Assembly (NCBI GenBank): GCA_024679065.1
Contig: JAGIQG010000011.1
Span: 38,688,001-38,752,000 of the forward strand
DNA from: Sphyrna mokarran
Taxonomy: Eukaryota
Length of the DNA stretch: 64,000 nt
Reading direction: 5' to 3'
Below, in pieces: positions 1 through 12,610 of this stretch. Each line of letters starts with the position of its first letter. Position 1 is the stretch's first letter. A program made the position numbers and the translations under genes. A model generated the notes under the pieces. The model was not told the DNA's origin. It worked only from the letters and a program-made list of their open reading frames with translations, and did not search any database.

Positions 1-39
1 GATGATTGAAACTGAGAGGATGCACTTAGCTGGCCAATC

Positions 40-385
40 CTGGACTTGTTGCTCTGGAAAATAAAGCTTGAGGGATTCTTTAAATTATAGAAGAGTTTGA
101 TTGGATTGACATGGAAGAATATTTTCCATTTGTGGGGGGACCTAATAAGAGGCGACTCTAATGATATGGTTACCAATAACTCTAATAGAGAATTTTAGTG
201 GATACTTTTTTACTGAAGGGTGGTAAGAATATGGAACTTGCTCCCACAAGGCACTGAGGGGAACAGTATATATTCATTTGAAGGTGATGATAGATAAGTA
301 AATAAGACAAACAGAAAAAGAAGGATATGCTATTAGAGTTAAGTGAAGATTGTAGAGATTTGTGTGGAGCATAAATACCATGGTA
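40..385 (+). mobile_element. Old CR1-type LINE 3' end fragment
   Basis: Degenerate ORF2 C-terminal motifs (tttttactgaagggtggtaagaatatggaacttgctccc ~ FFTQRVVRIWNSLP; ttgaaggtgatgatagataagta ~ FK..LDKY) followed by a 3' UTR-like gtggagcataaatacc. Confidence 0.65.
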
Positions 386-750
386 CAGATATAAGGGACA
401 TTAATTTTGACATCCCTGACTTCTCTTCTCATCACCCATGCATAAACAGAAACTCGTTTTGATTTGCTTCCCCTTGTGTGAGTAGTGACATATTTTCCAG
501 ACCCTCAGTTTTGGTGCAATCCAGTTTTCTATTCATAGCCCCTCAACAAACTTGAAATAAGATGAAGTAAAGGTTTTTGTTTATTTGTACACACTCGAAC
601 TGTGGGAAAAAGATTGCTACTTTGCCCCCTGTGCTTTTATACAGTAAAAGAGGAATAGAGCAAAGAAAGACTTAAAGAGCAACGAGAAAATAACCATGTT
701 TCACGTGACTCCAGAGTTCAAAATCAAAGTCCAACTGAGTATACCAGTGC

Positions 751-1020
751 AGCATTGTGGTACAGTGGTTAGCACTGCTGCTTCACACATGAAGGGCTCA
801 GGTTCTGTTCCTGGCTTAGCTCACCTTCTGCCTGCGCCTGCATGGGTTTCCTCCCACAATCCGAAAGACATGCTGGTTAGGTGCATTGGCTGTGCTAAAT
901 TCTCCTTCAGTGTACCTGAACAGGCGTCGGAGTGTGGTGACTTGGGGATTTTCACAGTAACTTCATTGCAATGTCAGTGTAAGCCTACTTGTGACACTAA
1001 TACAAAAAATAAACTAAACT
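751..1020 (+). mobile_element. tRNA-derived V-SINE-type element with non-CR1 tail
   Basis: Head tggtacagtggttagcactgctgcttcaca, V-core gggtttcctcccacaatccgaaagacatgctggttaggt, tail ttttcacagtaacttcattgcaatgtcagtgtaagcctacttgtgacactaa. Close paralogue at 23237-23545. Confidence 0.85.
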
Positions 1021-2282
1021 TCACAGAGGTTGACAGGCTGCAAACTGATGCACAGAGGTACCAATAGGAACCAGGTATTTAGTTTAGGTAGAACCTCTTT
1101 TCTGTGAGGCTGCTCGTAGATGGTAAAAAAGGCATATTGAAGTTTGCAGCAGAGAAAGACAATATAATTGGTTACACCAGCTGGAGCTTCACATCACATG
1201 ACTACTGCCTCATCACATGACTCCTGCCTCTCCACAGTATCTTTGACAATGGATGTGCATCCCCCATTGGGTTAATGAGTTGGTTAAATGTTCCAACTAT
1301 TAAGACTTGAAAGGAAGGTTGTGGGTTGCGTTGTCCCAGCAAATGAATAAATAGTGGTTGGCCAATCTGGACTAGGAAATGCAAATGACCTTTCTGTAGT
1401 TCTTTTTGAATTTGGTTTGTGCAAGCCACAATGTGTCATGTGTGGCTGTTAAAGATAGGAGGGTGTAAATATCTCTGAAACGATTAGGTTCAGGTGTCAA
1501 AAACAGACATGGATTCAGCTATCTTAAAAGGTCTTTGTCTAGGGATCTTAGCTAAATTGTGAGTGTGTCGTATATATTCCTGACTGTCCAGCAGTATGGA
1601 AACTTCCCCAGGATAACATCAGCCGTGTTTGACTCTGCACCACATCTGTGACTGCCCTGTCTGTGAGAAATTTGTAAGGTATATGCAATGCAGTGTCTAA
1701 CACACAATTAACTCACTAGCTTAATCATCATCAAGATGTTTCTTGTTGTTGATTTCACTCTAAACTGCATAACTTACTGTAGTTAGTATTCTATACTGAT
1801 TAGCTCATAGCAGTAATTTTAATTGTAATTAAGTTGCTTTCATTCTACTCAAGGCCTCATATAAACTATGAAATATAATAAAAAAGCACGTTCATGGAAT
1901 GTAAATTAATCTGTATTTTTGGATTATGTTTACTGATTGGCATTCAGGGAGATGGATAATACCATTTTGTTGCTTTAATTGTTTTACTCATACCGTGTCT
2001 CAGCCCATCATTAAGGGTGTCGTTATTATCAATGTATTCTTCCAGTCATACTTCTTAAAATGTTTTCCTGCTGCTGTATTTGGAGCAATATGTTGGGAAT
2101 TTGGGAGCAAAGAGACATCTTTTTAATGCCCTGCCTGGCATGGGCAGTAGTCGAGATGCTAATTATCTTGTGGTGACCTACTCCTCATTCTCTCAATTTT
2201 CCTTGAAGCCAGATCCTTTAAAAGAGTATTGTTCAAGGATCTTGCACTTGGATACTTTTCAGAGAGCTTTGGAAGAAATAAA

Positions 2283-2615
2283 AGTTGTATTTATAAAGTG
2301 CTGTTTGTGACTTCAGGGTATCCCAAAGCATGTCACAGCCAACAAAGTCCTTCTGAACTTTTGTCACTGCTGTAATGTATGAAATGTGATAGCCAATGTG
2401 TACGCAGGTCCCACGGACAGTAGAGTGACATTGATTGAGGGATAAGTATTGATCAGACACTGGGAATAATTCCCATGCTCCTCTTCAAAACAGCATCATG
2501 GAACTTTTCATCTTAAGTAATGAGCTTGCCTGGTTTCTTGACATTTCATCTCAAAGGTGGCTATTCCGCCAATAGTTCAGCCCTCGCTCAGAAATGCCCT
2601 TGAATAAGCTTGAAT
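2283..2615 (-). mobile_element. Deu-domain SINE (SacSINE1/AmnSINE1-like), degraded
   Basis: ttgattgagggataagtattgatcagacactgggaataattcccatgctcctcttcaaaacagcatcatggaacttttcatc resembles the reverse Deu core as I recall it. Related copies at ~18040-18190 and ~47785-48015 on +. Confidence 0.6.
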
Positions 2616-3431
2616 TTTGGGCAGAGTTCTCCTATCTCACCATTGGTGATGGGCAGGAGCCAAAAGCTGGGAGTGTGAAATCACATTGCACTTCTCCCGA
2701 TGGTGAGTCGACCTTCCCGCTGGTTGGTGGTATGAATGCTGTTTGACTTTATTTACATTTCATGAATACTCATTAAAGCAATTATCCACAGAATCCTGTC
2801 AGGCCTTCCATTTTTGAGATACACCAAAATGAAATTACACCGGTCTAAACCCAGTTGATAAGAAGCAGCCGCTCCACTCAACGCGGTTTTCTGTTTGCAA
2901 GAGATTTTCAGTTGAGTGCATCAAAGCCTACCAGCTTTGATGTACTGATTCAGTATACACTACTTCACTGGAGCAGACCAGTTCTTGTCTCTGTCTCCAT
3001 GCTAAGTTATGTACAACACCATGCTGCTAAATCCAAAGACCCTCCTGTGACACTGAATCAAATCAACACTGAATTTGGATTGGAGAGTACAGGGGTCTTC
3101 TTTCTCTCAGTGCCAAACACCAGTGTACTCCTGGACAGGACTATGCTGCTAGACTCGTGCAGCCACCAGTGGCCTGAAGTTCAACTGGGGGGGGGGTGAG
3201 GTATCAGGTCAGATTGGGATGGAGTTAGAGAAGACAATGTGGATGGAGTAAAGTGGGGAACGGGCAAGAGCTCACAATGATAGGAGAGGGACAGAGAGAT
3301 GGATGAAAAGGACAAACAATGAAAGCCAGAGGGAAGACTTAGGGGAGGAAGGTAGACCCCAAGTAGTTTTCATAACATACAGATAAAAAAGAGAGTTGAA
3401 GGGTTAGCACTTGCATTATTGGAAGACAAAT

Positions 3432-3620
3432 GGCTGGTTAGATTGATTGGTGATGCTGAAATTCCCTCTTTATGTTCCAAGATGTGTAGGTTAGAGGGAT
3501 TAGTGGGGTAAATGTATGGGTTATGGAGATTGGGCCTGGATGGGATGCTCCATCAGAAATTTGATGCAGACTTGATAGGCTGAATAGCCAGCATCTGCAC
3601 TGGAAGGTTTCTGTGATTTC
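3432..3620 (+). mobile_element. HE1-like SINE, 3' part
   Basis: ttagagggattagtggggtaaatgtatgggttatggagattgggcctggatggg...gcagacttgataggctgaatagcc...ctgcactggaaggtttctgtgatt, matching the other HE1-like copies in the window. Confidence 0.75.
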
Positions 3621-4329
3621 TTTAATGGGATGAGTGCTTGTTGGTGTGGCATACTAGTGATGATTTGTATAAGCACCATACATTATGGAACTGCAATGCT
3701 TTGTGAAGTTCACTGTTGTGTGTGGTCCTCTTTGGAAATGGCAGGAATGCAGCCTTGGAGAGTGAAGGCTATAATGAAAGGTGCACAGCTGCATAATTCT
3801 GTTATCCCATCAGTGAAGAGGCATTGCGGGTTAGCAATTCATGCCATTTAACAGTGGTTCAATGGATTTCATCCATTCACCATAAGCAATCAAATGTTTA
3901 TAGTTGTGTCAAGTCAATGAGTAGATTTCAGAGTCATCTTGGTTCAATGGTGTAATTTACAAGTTCTCACCCCACCACATAAGGCTCCCAGATATAACAC
4001 CTGTAGATTGAAAATCAGTTTATCTGTGTGTGTGCTGGAGTCCTAAGGATAAAGTAGCATAAGGAACAAGGCAATCTAAGATGCCAAAGAATGTTACAAC
4101 ACCTCCCATAAATCTTTTGTTCACATCTTTAAAATATTCTGTAACCATTCTTGTGTTCAGTATACAGAGAGGAGACAAAAATGACAATGGACCCTGTTGC
4201 CCAGGGAGCTTTTGAACAAATCCTCATTCAAGGCAGCAAGTGAAGAAAGAGAAGACATCTGTTGTACATGCAGCAGGAGACGCTGCATGTTGGCCAAGGT
4301 CAGGGGGAAGGCAAGATCATCAGGAAGCT

Positions 4330-4990
4330 GAAGAGCAGAGACCCACAACACTTGGGTCTATCATCTGTGAATGTCCTTTCTATAAATGAATGAATGACAG
4401 TGTAGGATAAGCCAAGATTGTCCAGTGATCTGGGGCCACACGCAGAGTTTGGAAACTTCTCCCTGCCAGTGGCAACAATCAATTTCATTGCCTTTGGGTC
4501 TTTCCAGGGAGCAATTGGGCACCTGTGTAGCATTTCACAGTCATCAACAGATTGGTCCTATATGTACCAATGCTTTTTGCAGAAGGACATGTTACTTAAA
4601 CATCACTCTGGATGATGATAGCCAGTCTAAGATTCTCTGGCTTCTCAGCTTTCTCTGGGTTTCCTAGAGTGCTGAAAGCAATAGGCTGCACCCATGTGGC
4701 AGCAGTCTTGCGGTTCATCAAGTGCAAGGGTTTCAATTCCATCAATATACTGTTGGTGTGTGAGCATCAAAAGCAAATTTTGTGTGTTTGCCATGATTCC
4801 TACATCCTCAGTCACTCCTGGGTGCCTGGGATCTATGAGGAGTAGAAGGTCAGCAGGGATGGTTACTGGAGGATAAAGGCTGTGCACTCTGTGTATTTGT
4901 GTTATTTCTAATGTTTCCTCACTAGCAGCTTGGCAATGGAACAGGGACACTTTGAGACCAATCACATGATGCTACTAATGATATCATGGG
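4330..4990 (+). pseudogene. Harbinger (HARBI1-like) transposase relic
   Basis: ORF pieces LPVATINFIAFGSFQGAIGHLCSISQS (4418) and GFSAFSGFPRVLKAIGCTHVA..FIKCKGFNSINILLVCEH..CHDSYIL (4612) parallel HARBI1 motifs GSFQ..GDAIGISQ, G.PGV.G.VDC.HVA and NRKG.HSLN..VCD. Frameshifted, and the first catalytic Asp reads as Gly. Confidence 0.85.
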
Positions 4991-5099
4991 CCGCTTGTGT
5001 AGGCAAACTGCAGTCTATCTTCGCAGCCTGCAGTATTAGCACCCTGTTAGTAATGCTGTTGACAAAAATGAAGATCAAAGTATACTGAAAATACAGCAA

Positions 5100-6283
5100 G
5101 GAATACTGGAATACATGCACCTGCTGCTTTCATAAATTCCAAACCACAGAGGAACTAGAAATTGAGGTGCACCATGAAATCGCTTATCATAAGAAAACCG
5201 TTGAGCTCATTAGAAAGAGTATTCAGCTTGGAAAAAGAGCTGCTGACTTCCTTCATGCATCAATCGTCAACAAGAATGAAAACATTGCTAATTGTAGATA
5301 ATGGTAACAAGAGGAGCAAAAGGAGCCAGCACAGAAATTCATGGAGGATGTTTGGATGGGAGTCACTCCAGTTGGAGCTGTTCAGGATACAATCTGCAAT
5401 ATCCATATTCCTTTCCTATTTCACTCTGTGCAGCACTATCTGAAGTCCAATGAACATACCAACAGCAAGAAGAATTACATGACCCAGTCTTACTCAACAA
5501 CCTTGACCATAAAGGCTAAATTTCCTATGTTTTTGAAGAGTGAGAGCCTTTTTGGAAATCCATAGCAGCATCAGCTGAATAGTTCAGAAGTTGCATTCCA
5601 AGCATAAGATTGAAAACATTAGGGAGAATGCAGCCTCGAGGGGAGAGACTCAAGGTCTGATGGAGACGTACCACACACTCTGAGGATGTGTCACAAGATT
5701 CAGATAAAGGAGGCTTGGAGGCGTAACTGTTGGCCATGATAAAACAGCCTGACAGCAAGAACTGAAGAGGCTGGAAACTGAGTTGAGCTAAGTCGAAGAA
5801 CTTCCAACACTGCAGAATGTCAGCTCCATCTTATTTCAGCTAAGATCTATCCTGCGTGTTGCACACACACTGTGTGAATTTAAGTTTGAAATGGAATAAA
5901 CTGCAAGAAAGAAAACAACTGGGGGAGAGAAGAGGCTAGCCTCTGAAGTGGAAGCTGCAGAATCAGGTTATATGGCCAGAACCAAGCAAAATGTTGTGTT
6001 TATCACCAGGATCAAGAAGTTCTGACAAGGAACTATACCACAAATGAAAAGTGGATACCTACCATCATTGTGGCACAATGGTCTCCTACATCATATAATC
6101 ATGAGACAATGTAATATGGAGGAGATAGGAGGATCAACTTTTGGCATCAAGACCCAATCTGCCAGAGTCCATATCAAGCCTTGCCAAGCTGGACCTTCCT
6201 GAGAACCTAACACGAGCAAAAAAATTGGAGCAGACAGTACCTCAGTTGAGAACATTTCAACCATTGAGTCAACCTCAGAACAC
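5100..6283 (+). mobile_element. Possible Gypsy-like LTR retrotransposon integrase-region relic
   Basis: Faint motifs ELL..MHQSSTRMKTL (ORF 5162) and KWIPTIIVAQ..PTSY...WRR*EDQLL (~6047-6145) resemble Gypsy integrase N- and C-terminal regions. Heavily degraded. Confidence 0.4.
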
Positions 6284-7622
6284 TAGGGCAAAGTATTGGA
6301 GAGAATTATTAGGGATAGGATTTATAGTTATTTAGAGAGAAATGAATTGATTGGGGATAGTCAGCATGGTTTTGTGAAGGGTAGGTCGTGCCTTACTGAC
6401 CTTATTGAGTTTTTTGAAAAAGTGACCAAAGAGGTGGATGGGGGTAAGGCGGTTGATGTGGTATATATGGACTTTAGTAAGGCGTTTGATAAGGTGGCCC
6501 ATGGAAGACTTCTGCAGAAAATGCAGAGTATGGGATAGAGGGTGATTTAGCTAATTGGGTTAGGAATTGGCTAGCAGATAGAAGACAGAGGGTGGTGGTT
6601 GATGGGAGATATTCATCTTGGAGTTCGGTGACAAGTGGTGTACCTCAGGGGTCTGTTTTGGGGCCCCTGCTGTTTGTAATTTTTATAAATGATCTGGATG
6701 AGGGTATTGAAGGATGGATTAGTAAATTTGCAGATGACACTAAAGTCGGTGGAGTGGTAGATAGTGAAGAGGGGTGTTATAGTTTGCAGAGGGACTTGGA
6801 CAAGTTGCAGAGCTGGGCCGAGAGGTGGCAAATGGAGTTTAATGTGGAAAAGTGTGAGGTAATGCACTATGGCAGGAATAATAAATGTGTAGAGTATAGG
6901 GCTAATGGTAGGATTCTTAGTAGTCTTGATGAACAGAGGGATCTTGGTGTATGTGCATAGATCCCTGAAAGTAGGCAGTCAAGTCGATAAGGTTGTTAAG
7001 AAGGCATATGGAGTCTTAGCTTTTATTGTTAGGGGGATTGAATTTCGGAGCCGCAACGTCATGTTGCAACTGTACAAAACTCTAGTGCGGCCGCACTTGG
7101 AGTATTGTGTGCAGTTCTGGTCCCCACATTATAAGAAAGATGTGGAGGCATTGGAGAGGGTACAGAGGAGGTTTACCAGGATGTTGCCTGGTATGGAGGC
7201 AGGTCTTATGAAGAGAGGCTGAGGGATTTGAGGTTGTTTTCGTTAGAAAGAAGGCGGCTAAGAGGAGACCTTATTGAAACATATAAGATGATTAGAGGTT
7301 AGATAGGGTGGACAGTGATAGCCTTTTTCCTAGGATGGAGAAAGCTAGCACGAGGGGACACAGCTTAAAATTAAGGGGTGATAGTTATAGGACGGATATC
7401 AGAGGTAGGTTCTTTACCCAAAGGGTGGTTCGGGAGTGGAATGCCCTGCCTGCAGCAGTTGTAGATGCGCCAAGTTTGGTGGCATTTAAGAAGTTAGTTG
7501 ATAAGTATATGGAAGAGAAGGGAATGGTTTAGTTTGGAGGGGCATTGCTTTTTATATTGGTCGGCGCAACATCAAAGACCGAAGGGCCTGTTCTGTGCTG
7601 TAATGTTCTATGTTCTATGTTC
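6284..7622 (+). mobile_element. Relatively young 5'-truncated CR1 LINE (HER1-like), RT domain to 3' end
   Basis: SQHGFVKGRSCLT, YMDFSKAFDKV, SGVPQGSVLGPLLFVIFINDLD, KFADDTK, RPHLEYCVQFWSP, FFTQRVVREWNALP across ORFs 6296-7532 with only a few frameshifts. Ends in (atgttct)n. Confidence 0.95.
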
Positions 7623-7989
7623 ACTGTTGCTTCCGGTTAAGGCTATCATGGATGATGTCCAAACCAAGCCCAAGGCACTAGAGGTTGCAATAAAAACAAA
7701 AAAGCAGATACCTGAGGTTCACTGACAACCACACAGAGTCACCGACCTCCGAGATGTCTGACTTATTGACCGCTGTTGTTTGTTAATGGTTTTTCCTGAC
7801 AATTCTCATCTGCAAATGTTCTTCGGGGTCTCAGAGAGCTGTTGGGCTGGTTAGTAAGCTGCAATCTGCTGGTGCCTGAAAAACAGAGGAGGGCAATTTC
7901 AGTGGATGGACTGAAACTAATTCTAAGTACATTGCATCTGGATTGGGTTAAGTAATGAGCTGAGATCTGTATTGTGTTGTGAGTTGCTG

Positions 7990-9000
7990 CAGAAGTGATC
8001 CCTTTCCTCGCTGGCGAGCTCTGCAGCATCCTTGCTGAGTCTAGCGGTCTCTGCCAACTCTCCCCCAGTCTGTGCTCATGTTTGTGCACAGGTCTAACCT
8101 GTATGGAGACAAAAGGAGATGGAGCAGAGGTTTAGGTAAAATGCATGGAGAATGGAGTTGGAACAACAAGTCAGATGGTATGGTGATGTGGAAGTTTTGT
8201 TGAGTGAGTGTTGACATGTGCCCCTGTGACTAAATCTGTGAGATCTGTGAAGAGAGTAGTTGTTTGAGTACTTGATACAATGCTGAGAGATTGATCAGGG
8301 AGGGCAGATTTATCCTGGAGGGAGTGAATGAGATCATTCATCTACTTCCTGATCTGAACATAGAACATAAGAGCATAACAAATAGGAGCAGGAATAGGCC
8401 ATCTAGCCCTTCGAGCCTGTCCTGCCATTCAGTAAGATCATGGCTGATCTGAAGTGGATCAGTTTCACTTTCCCACTTTCTCCCCATAACCCTTAATTCC
8501 CTTGCCTATCAGAAATATATCTACCCATATCTTAAACATATTCAGTGAGGTAGCCTCTACCACTTCAATGGGCAGAGAATTCCAGAGATTCACCACCGTT
8601 TGAGTGAAGAAGTTCCTCCTCAATTCCATTCTCAACTGTCCCCACCCTCCCTCTTATTTTGAGGCTGTGCCCTCTAGTTCTGAATTGCTTTCTATGCGGA
8701 AAGAATCTCTCTACCTCTACCCTATGTAGCCTCTTCATTATCTTGTAAGTCTCTATAAGATCCCCCCTCAGCCTTCTAAACTCTAACGAGTACTATTCAG
8801 TCTATTCAATCTCTCTTTATAAGCTAAGCCCCTCATCTCTGGTATCAGCCTGGTGAACCTAATCTGGACAGCACTTTGCTGGTGGGTTGCAGCTGTACAC
8901 ATCATCTGAGCAACGTCCTCTCAGGCTGGAGAGGTGAGGTTGTTGTGCTTCTGTGAGCTGTCCGTGGGGTAGAGGACATGTAGGTGGCTTGCACTTTGTG
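7990..9000 (-). pseudogene. Harbinger Myb/SANT-like partner gene relic, split by a CR1 insertion
   Basis: Minus strand reads VLYPTDSSQKHNNLTSPA*EDVAQ...QQSAV. Joining across the CR1 gives QIRK*MNDL (cf. QCRKKMNDL). Downstream AQTGG motif follows an acceptor-like ttttgtctccatacag. Confidence 0.7.
8361..8857 (-). mobile_element. CR1 LINE 3' fragment with probable 13-bp TSD
   Basis: Starts with tail acatagaacataag..aggagcaggaataggccatctagcccttcgagcctg. The minus strand encodes RRLRGDLIETYK and NFFTQTVVNLWNSLP. Flanks are cctgatctgaaca (8348-8360) and cctaatctggaca (8858-8870). Confidence 0.9.
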
Positions 9001-11259
9001 AATAAGGGCCTGGATGGCTTTTTGGTGCCAAAAGCTGGTGCTGCATTCTTCTTGACGCTACTCGCCTTTTTGTATCTGGTTTCTGGGCATCCTGCACAAT
9101 CTGGTGAAGACAGGTGGGCTGGAGAGAGTGACGTGAATGTGCTGGACTGATATTTAAATATGATGTTGGGTTCTTTGAACCCATCAGGTGAGGGCAGACA
9201 GCTGAATCAGCTACAGGGCCGCCAGATGACTCAGAGGAAAACTTATCATAATTAATGAGATTCCATATGCAAATTTGATGTGGGTTATCACCATTCTGGC
9301 CAGTGGGAAAAACAACGCCAAAGCCACCCACCACTGCACTTAGTTTCAAAAATGGGAGAATTGCACCTTTTGCCCTGGTGCCTCTGGTATGCAGTTGCTG
9401 CCCAAGAGAGAGAGTGAGGATATAGATTATTGGATTGTTGAAGCCAGTCCCATCCATAGCTTTGACCTTGCATGAGTACAGATAGAAGGTGTCATCAGTG
9501 ACCAGGAGCAGAATCCATGAGTTATTTTCCTCCCTTCCCTCCCCTGTTGCAGGGACCAGTTCTGATGCCAATAGCTTGCACTGGCTGTGAACAGATTACT
9601 GCAGAAACAGAATCCAACCTGAAATCTTGTCCATATGGCTAATGTCTTGGGTATGACGCATTTACACATTAAGCAATTTGTGCAATTGAGTGATGTTTTA
9701 AAATTGCACTCGAGAATAGAAGCACAAAAATATTTTTCATGATAAATACACAGATTATTGTAGTCACACTTTTCAGGATTTCTAAAATAAAAATGACACG
9801 ACGCACTCCATCTCTGGAAATATGATACTTCAACTCCACACATTCATTTTTAAAAATGAATTAATAACTTTAATGCACACTGGCTCCGCAGTAGCACGTG
9901 GGAATTTGCTGAAGCCAGTCTGTTACTAGTGCTAGGCGCATAAAACTGTACATGATGTTGTTCTGCGTGCTAATTCTCTGAATTTCCCCGTTTGCTTTGT
10001 GAAATCCTAAGGGAACTGTGGGTGTCATACCCGGTGCAGTGTTAATGGAGCTGTATGCAATAGATGTATGGTGATATATTTGCTGAAGGATTGGCACATT
10101 TCGATAGTTGGTTCCATGAGAGTGAATCACCAGGAGGCTGTCTGATATAAACAATGCCACCAGCCAGCAGTTAAATATTATTTTAATTTTGTTCTTTCAA
10201 CTTCAGGGTAGAAAATGTAAGAGACCATTGCTTTGGAGCTCTTTGTTTTTTATGTTATTGTGTTTAGAATACCAAAAATATTTGTGATCAAAATATCTGA
10301 TGAGCAATCCATTGACACTTATTAATAAGTATCACTGAAAGCAAAGACCTGGGAGTTGAACGATTCAATTTGAGGTGCTACTTAGCTGATATTCTGGGAA
10401 TGTAACAAGGGCTGTTATTAAAATAGATAAGAATTTCATGCATTTTTGTTCTATTTATATCAGTGAGAAGCTTGAGCATAGCAGGTGATAATGAGCTTCC
10501 CTACTAGGTGCAATTCTGGTTGGTTATTAGCGACTCTAATGCCTTGAAATTGAGATTATCATGATGTCTGACTAAGAAATGTATTTAACAAATCTTTCAC
10601 ATGACTAAAATGATGTGCATAATGTTTGTTTGAACTGTTGAGGTTAACTTGGGAGTTAAGGAGTGATATATTTTAATTAATTTGTTCAGCGCTATGTCTC
10701 ACAGGATATCTATCTAATAGATAATAGAGGCCATTCAGCCCTATCAACTCATGCTAGCTTTCATGCTCTGTTCAAACCTTTTCTCACCTTGTCTCGCCTA
10801 AATCTGCCATTGCAACCTCTCTTCTCTTCTCCAAATGCTTATCTAGCTTCCCCTTCAATGCAGGCATACTATTTACTTAAGCCAATCCCTGCAGTTGTGT
10901 TTCTTCTCACCACTCCTTCAGTAAAGCGTTTCCAATTTATGTTGGAAAAACGTCACTGGTTTTATAACTTGGGACTATTTAAAAAAAAGCTGTTGGTGAA
11001 ACGCATTATAAAAAATTTGGTTTGTCAAAAGGATAGATTATTCCGAGTTTTTCCTGACATCTGATTTACATTAAGTATGGTGAACAAGTTCAAAAGTTTA
11101 AATTGATATTTAGTAATTCTTTTCTAACATTAATTGGTCAATTGGCTTTGATGGTCTGTTTGCAGTCATAAATCAGAGTAGGAAAGCATGTTAATTCACA
11201 TAATTGAACTTGTCAAGTAGAATGGCTTAAATGAAAATGGCAAGTGAAAAATTTATGGT

Positions 11260-11884
11260 TGAATTTGGGAACTTTGCACCAGTGGGCGGCGGGGGGGGGG
11301 GGGGGGGGGGGGGGAGGTGTGTGTGTGTGTGTGTGTGTGTGTGCAGAACCCAAGTATGCCAGTGAAGCTAGCATCAGAGCACTCAGGTACAATTATGCTG
11401 GGTGCCCCAATCTCCTGAATTGGGAGACCTCTTCTTACCACCAGTCTGTGGATATCGAACCCTACCCATCATTGTGGCATTGTCACCCCTCCCACATCAA
11501 TACAGGTTGCTGGCATGGGGCTATGAAGATCCCATCTGGATACTGCCAGGGTGGCACTTTTCTACAATGACCCCAACCCCACAGGGACATCAATGCCTCC
11601 TATGCTTATCCCTGGCCTGCAGAGCAGGTGTGATGTCTCGTTGGTGAGGGCTGGTAGGGGGGAAGCATTCATGAGAGCAGAAGCAACCATGCCGAACCTG
11701 GAAAGTATATTCAATGAAGGCAATCCTATATTAATAGGCTTTATCCTCTTTCTGGGCGCAAAGGCCATTCTTGATGGTAAAAAGAAAGGAAAGCAATTAG
11801 TGCAAATCGGATTTCTGGCTATTCAGTATCTTCCTGGCTTGCCATACCGGTCAGCTGGCACGGCGAGCTGGTAAGGTCGTGCCC
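11260..11884. mobile_element. Non-autonomous Harbinger-type fragment with intact terminus
   Basis: Ends ...gtatcttcctggcttgcc...gagctggtaaggtcgtgccc, the same subterminal sequence as at 38755-38867 and 52495-52603, and inverted at 33030-33145. Confidence 0.65.
11291..11343. repeat. Compound microsatellite: G24 followed by (GT)n
   Basis: Directly visible. Confidence 0.95.
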
Positions 11885-12418
11885 AACACCTTGTTATTAT
11901 CCTAGCTGATGATAACCTTGGACAAATCAGATCCCAGAATGGAACCTAGCTTGAAAGACTTTTTTCTAAGTTATGAAGGGTTTTAATGAATAGATTCACA
12001 GGAGTTTGTAGTTGACTTTTAACAAAAAGATAAACATTTAAGAACAAGAAGAACACTAATTATATTAAACTATGCAACAAAAAGGTTGGAAAGAATACAA
12101 CACACAGATCCCAAGGGTAGAATTTCATGTGTCATGTGCGTGCATGGTGGTTGAAACTGGAAGTGGCTGTACTCTCTGGTCCTGCCTGTGATTAATTAGG
12201 AATTATAATATTACATTGACTGGTCATTTAAGTGGCAACCAGCGTGAATCACGGCTGCATTGGATGAACGAGGGCAGGTGCATGGTAAGCACCATGTCCA
12301 ATGGTGGTCCGCCACAAAGTTTGGATGCAGTGTCCAGAGGCCATTGAGAAACTGGACACACAGAACATCAGCCACTAGAAACCACAACCAGCGAGTGGGG
12401 AGCTCCAGTGGGCAGTAA

Positions 12419-12610
12419 GCCCTTCCTTTCTCTGATGACTCTCTGTTGGAGGCAGTGACAGCCAGAAGGGACATCCTAATGCCCAGGGATGGAAAGAGGT
12501 GGCTCCCCCATCTAACAAAGAAGATTTGGAAAGAGGTATTGGCATGGGTCAGTGGATATGGCCTGATCCAGTACACCTGGATCTAGTGTCGGAAAATGTA
12601 CAATGACCTG
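12419..12610 (+). pseudogene. Myb/SANT-like (NAIF1/MSANTD-type) domain relic of Harbinger origin
   Basis: Hand translation: ALPFSDDSLLEAVTARRDILMPRDGKRWLPHLTKKIWKEVLAWVSGYGLIQYTWI*CRKMYNDL, with one stop codon. Confidence 0.85.

Larger units (their letters stand above)
2619..9368. mobile_element. PIF/Harbinger DNA transposon relic A (transposase +, Myb-like gene -, with nested insertions)
   Basis: Left end gggcagagttctcc (2619) vs right end ggagaattgcacct (9355-9368), 9/14 inverted match, TTT on both flanks. Encloses HARBI1-like and Myb/SANT relics in convergent orientation. Ends are uncertain. Confidence 0.65.

Noticed and set aside
755-815. tRNA genes at tggtacagtggttagcac / ggttcgaatccc motifs (also 13255, 18737, 23245, 38010, 57525)
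   Set aside because: These are SINE heads that continue into SINE bodies, with no complete cloverleaf.
6296-7532. Functional reverse transcriptase gene
   Set aside because: 5'-truncated CR1 with frameshifts, no endonuclease domain and no promoter.
8921-9571. Longest ORF in the track (216 aa) as a novel gene
   Set aside because: It crosses the Harbinger terminus. Only the last ~25 aa resemble the Myb relic and the rest has no recognisable features.
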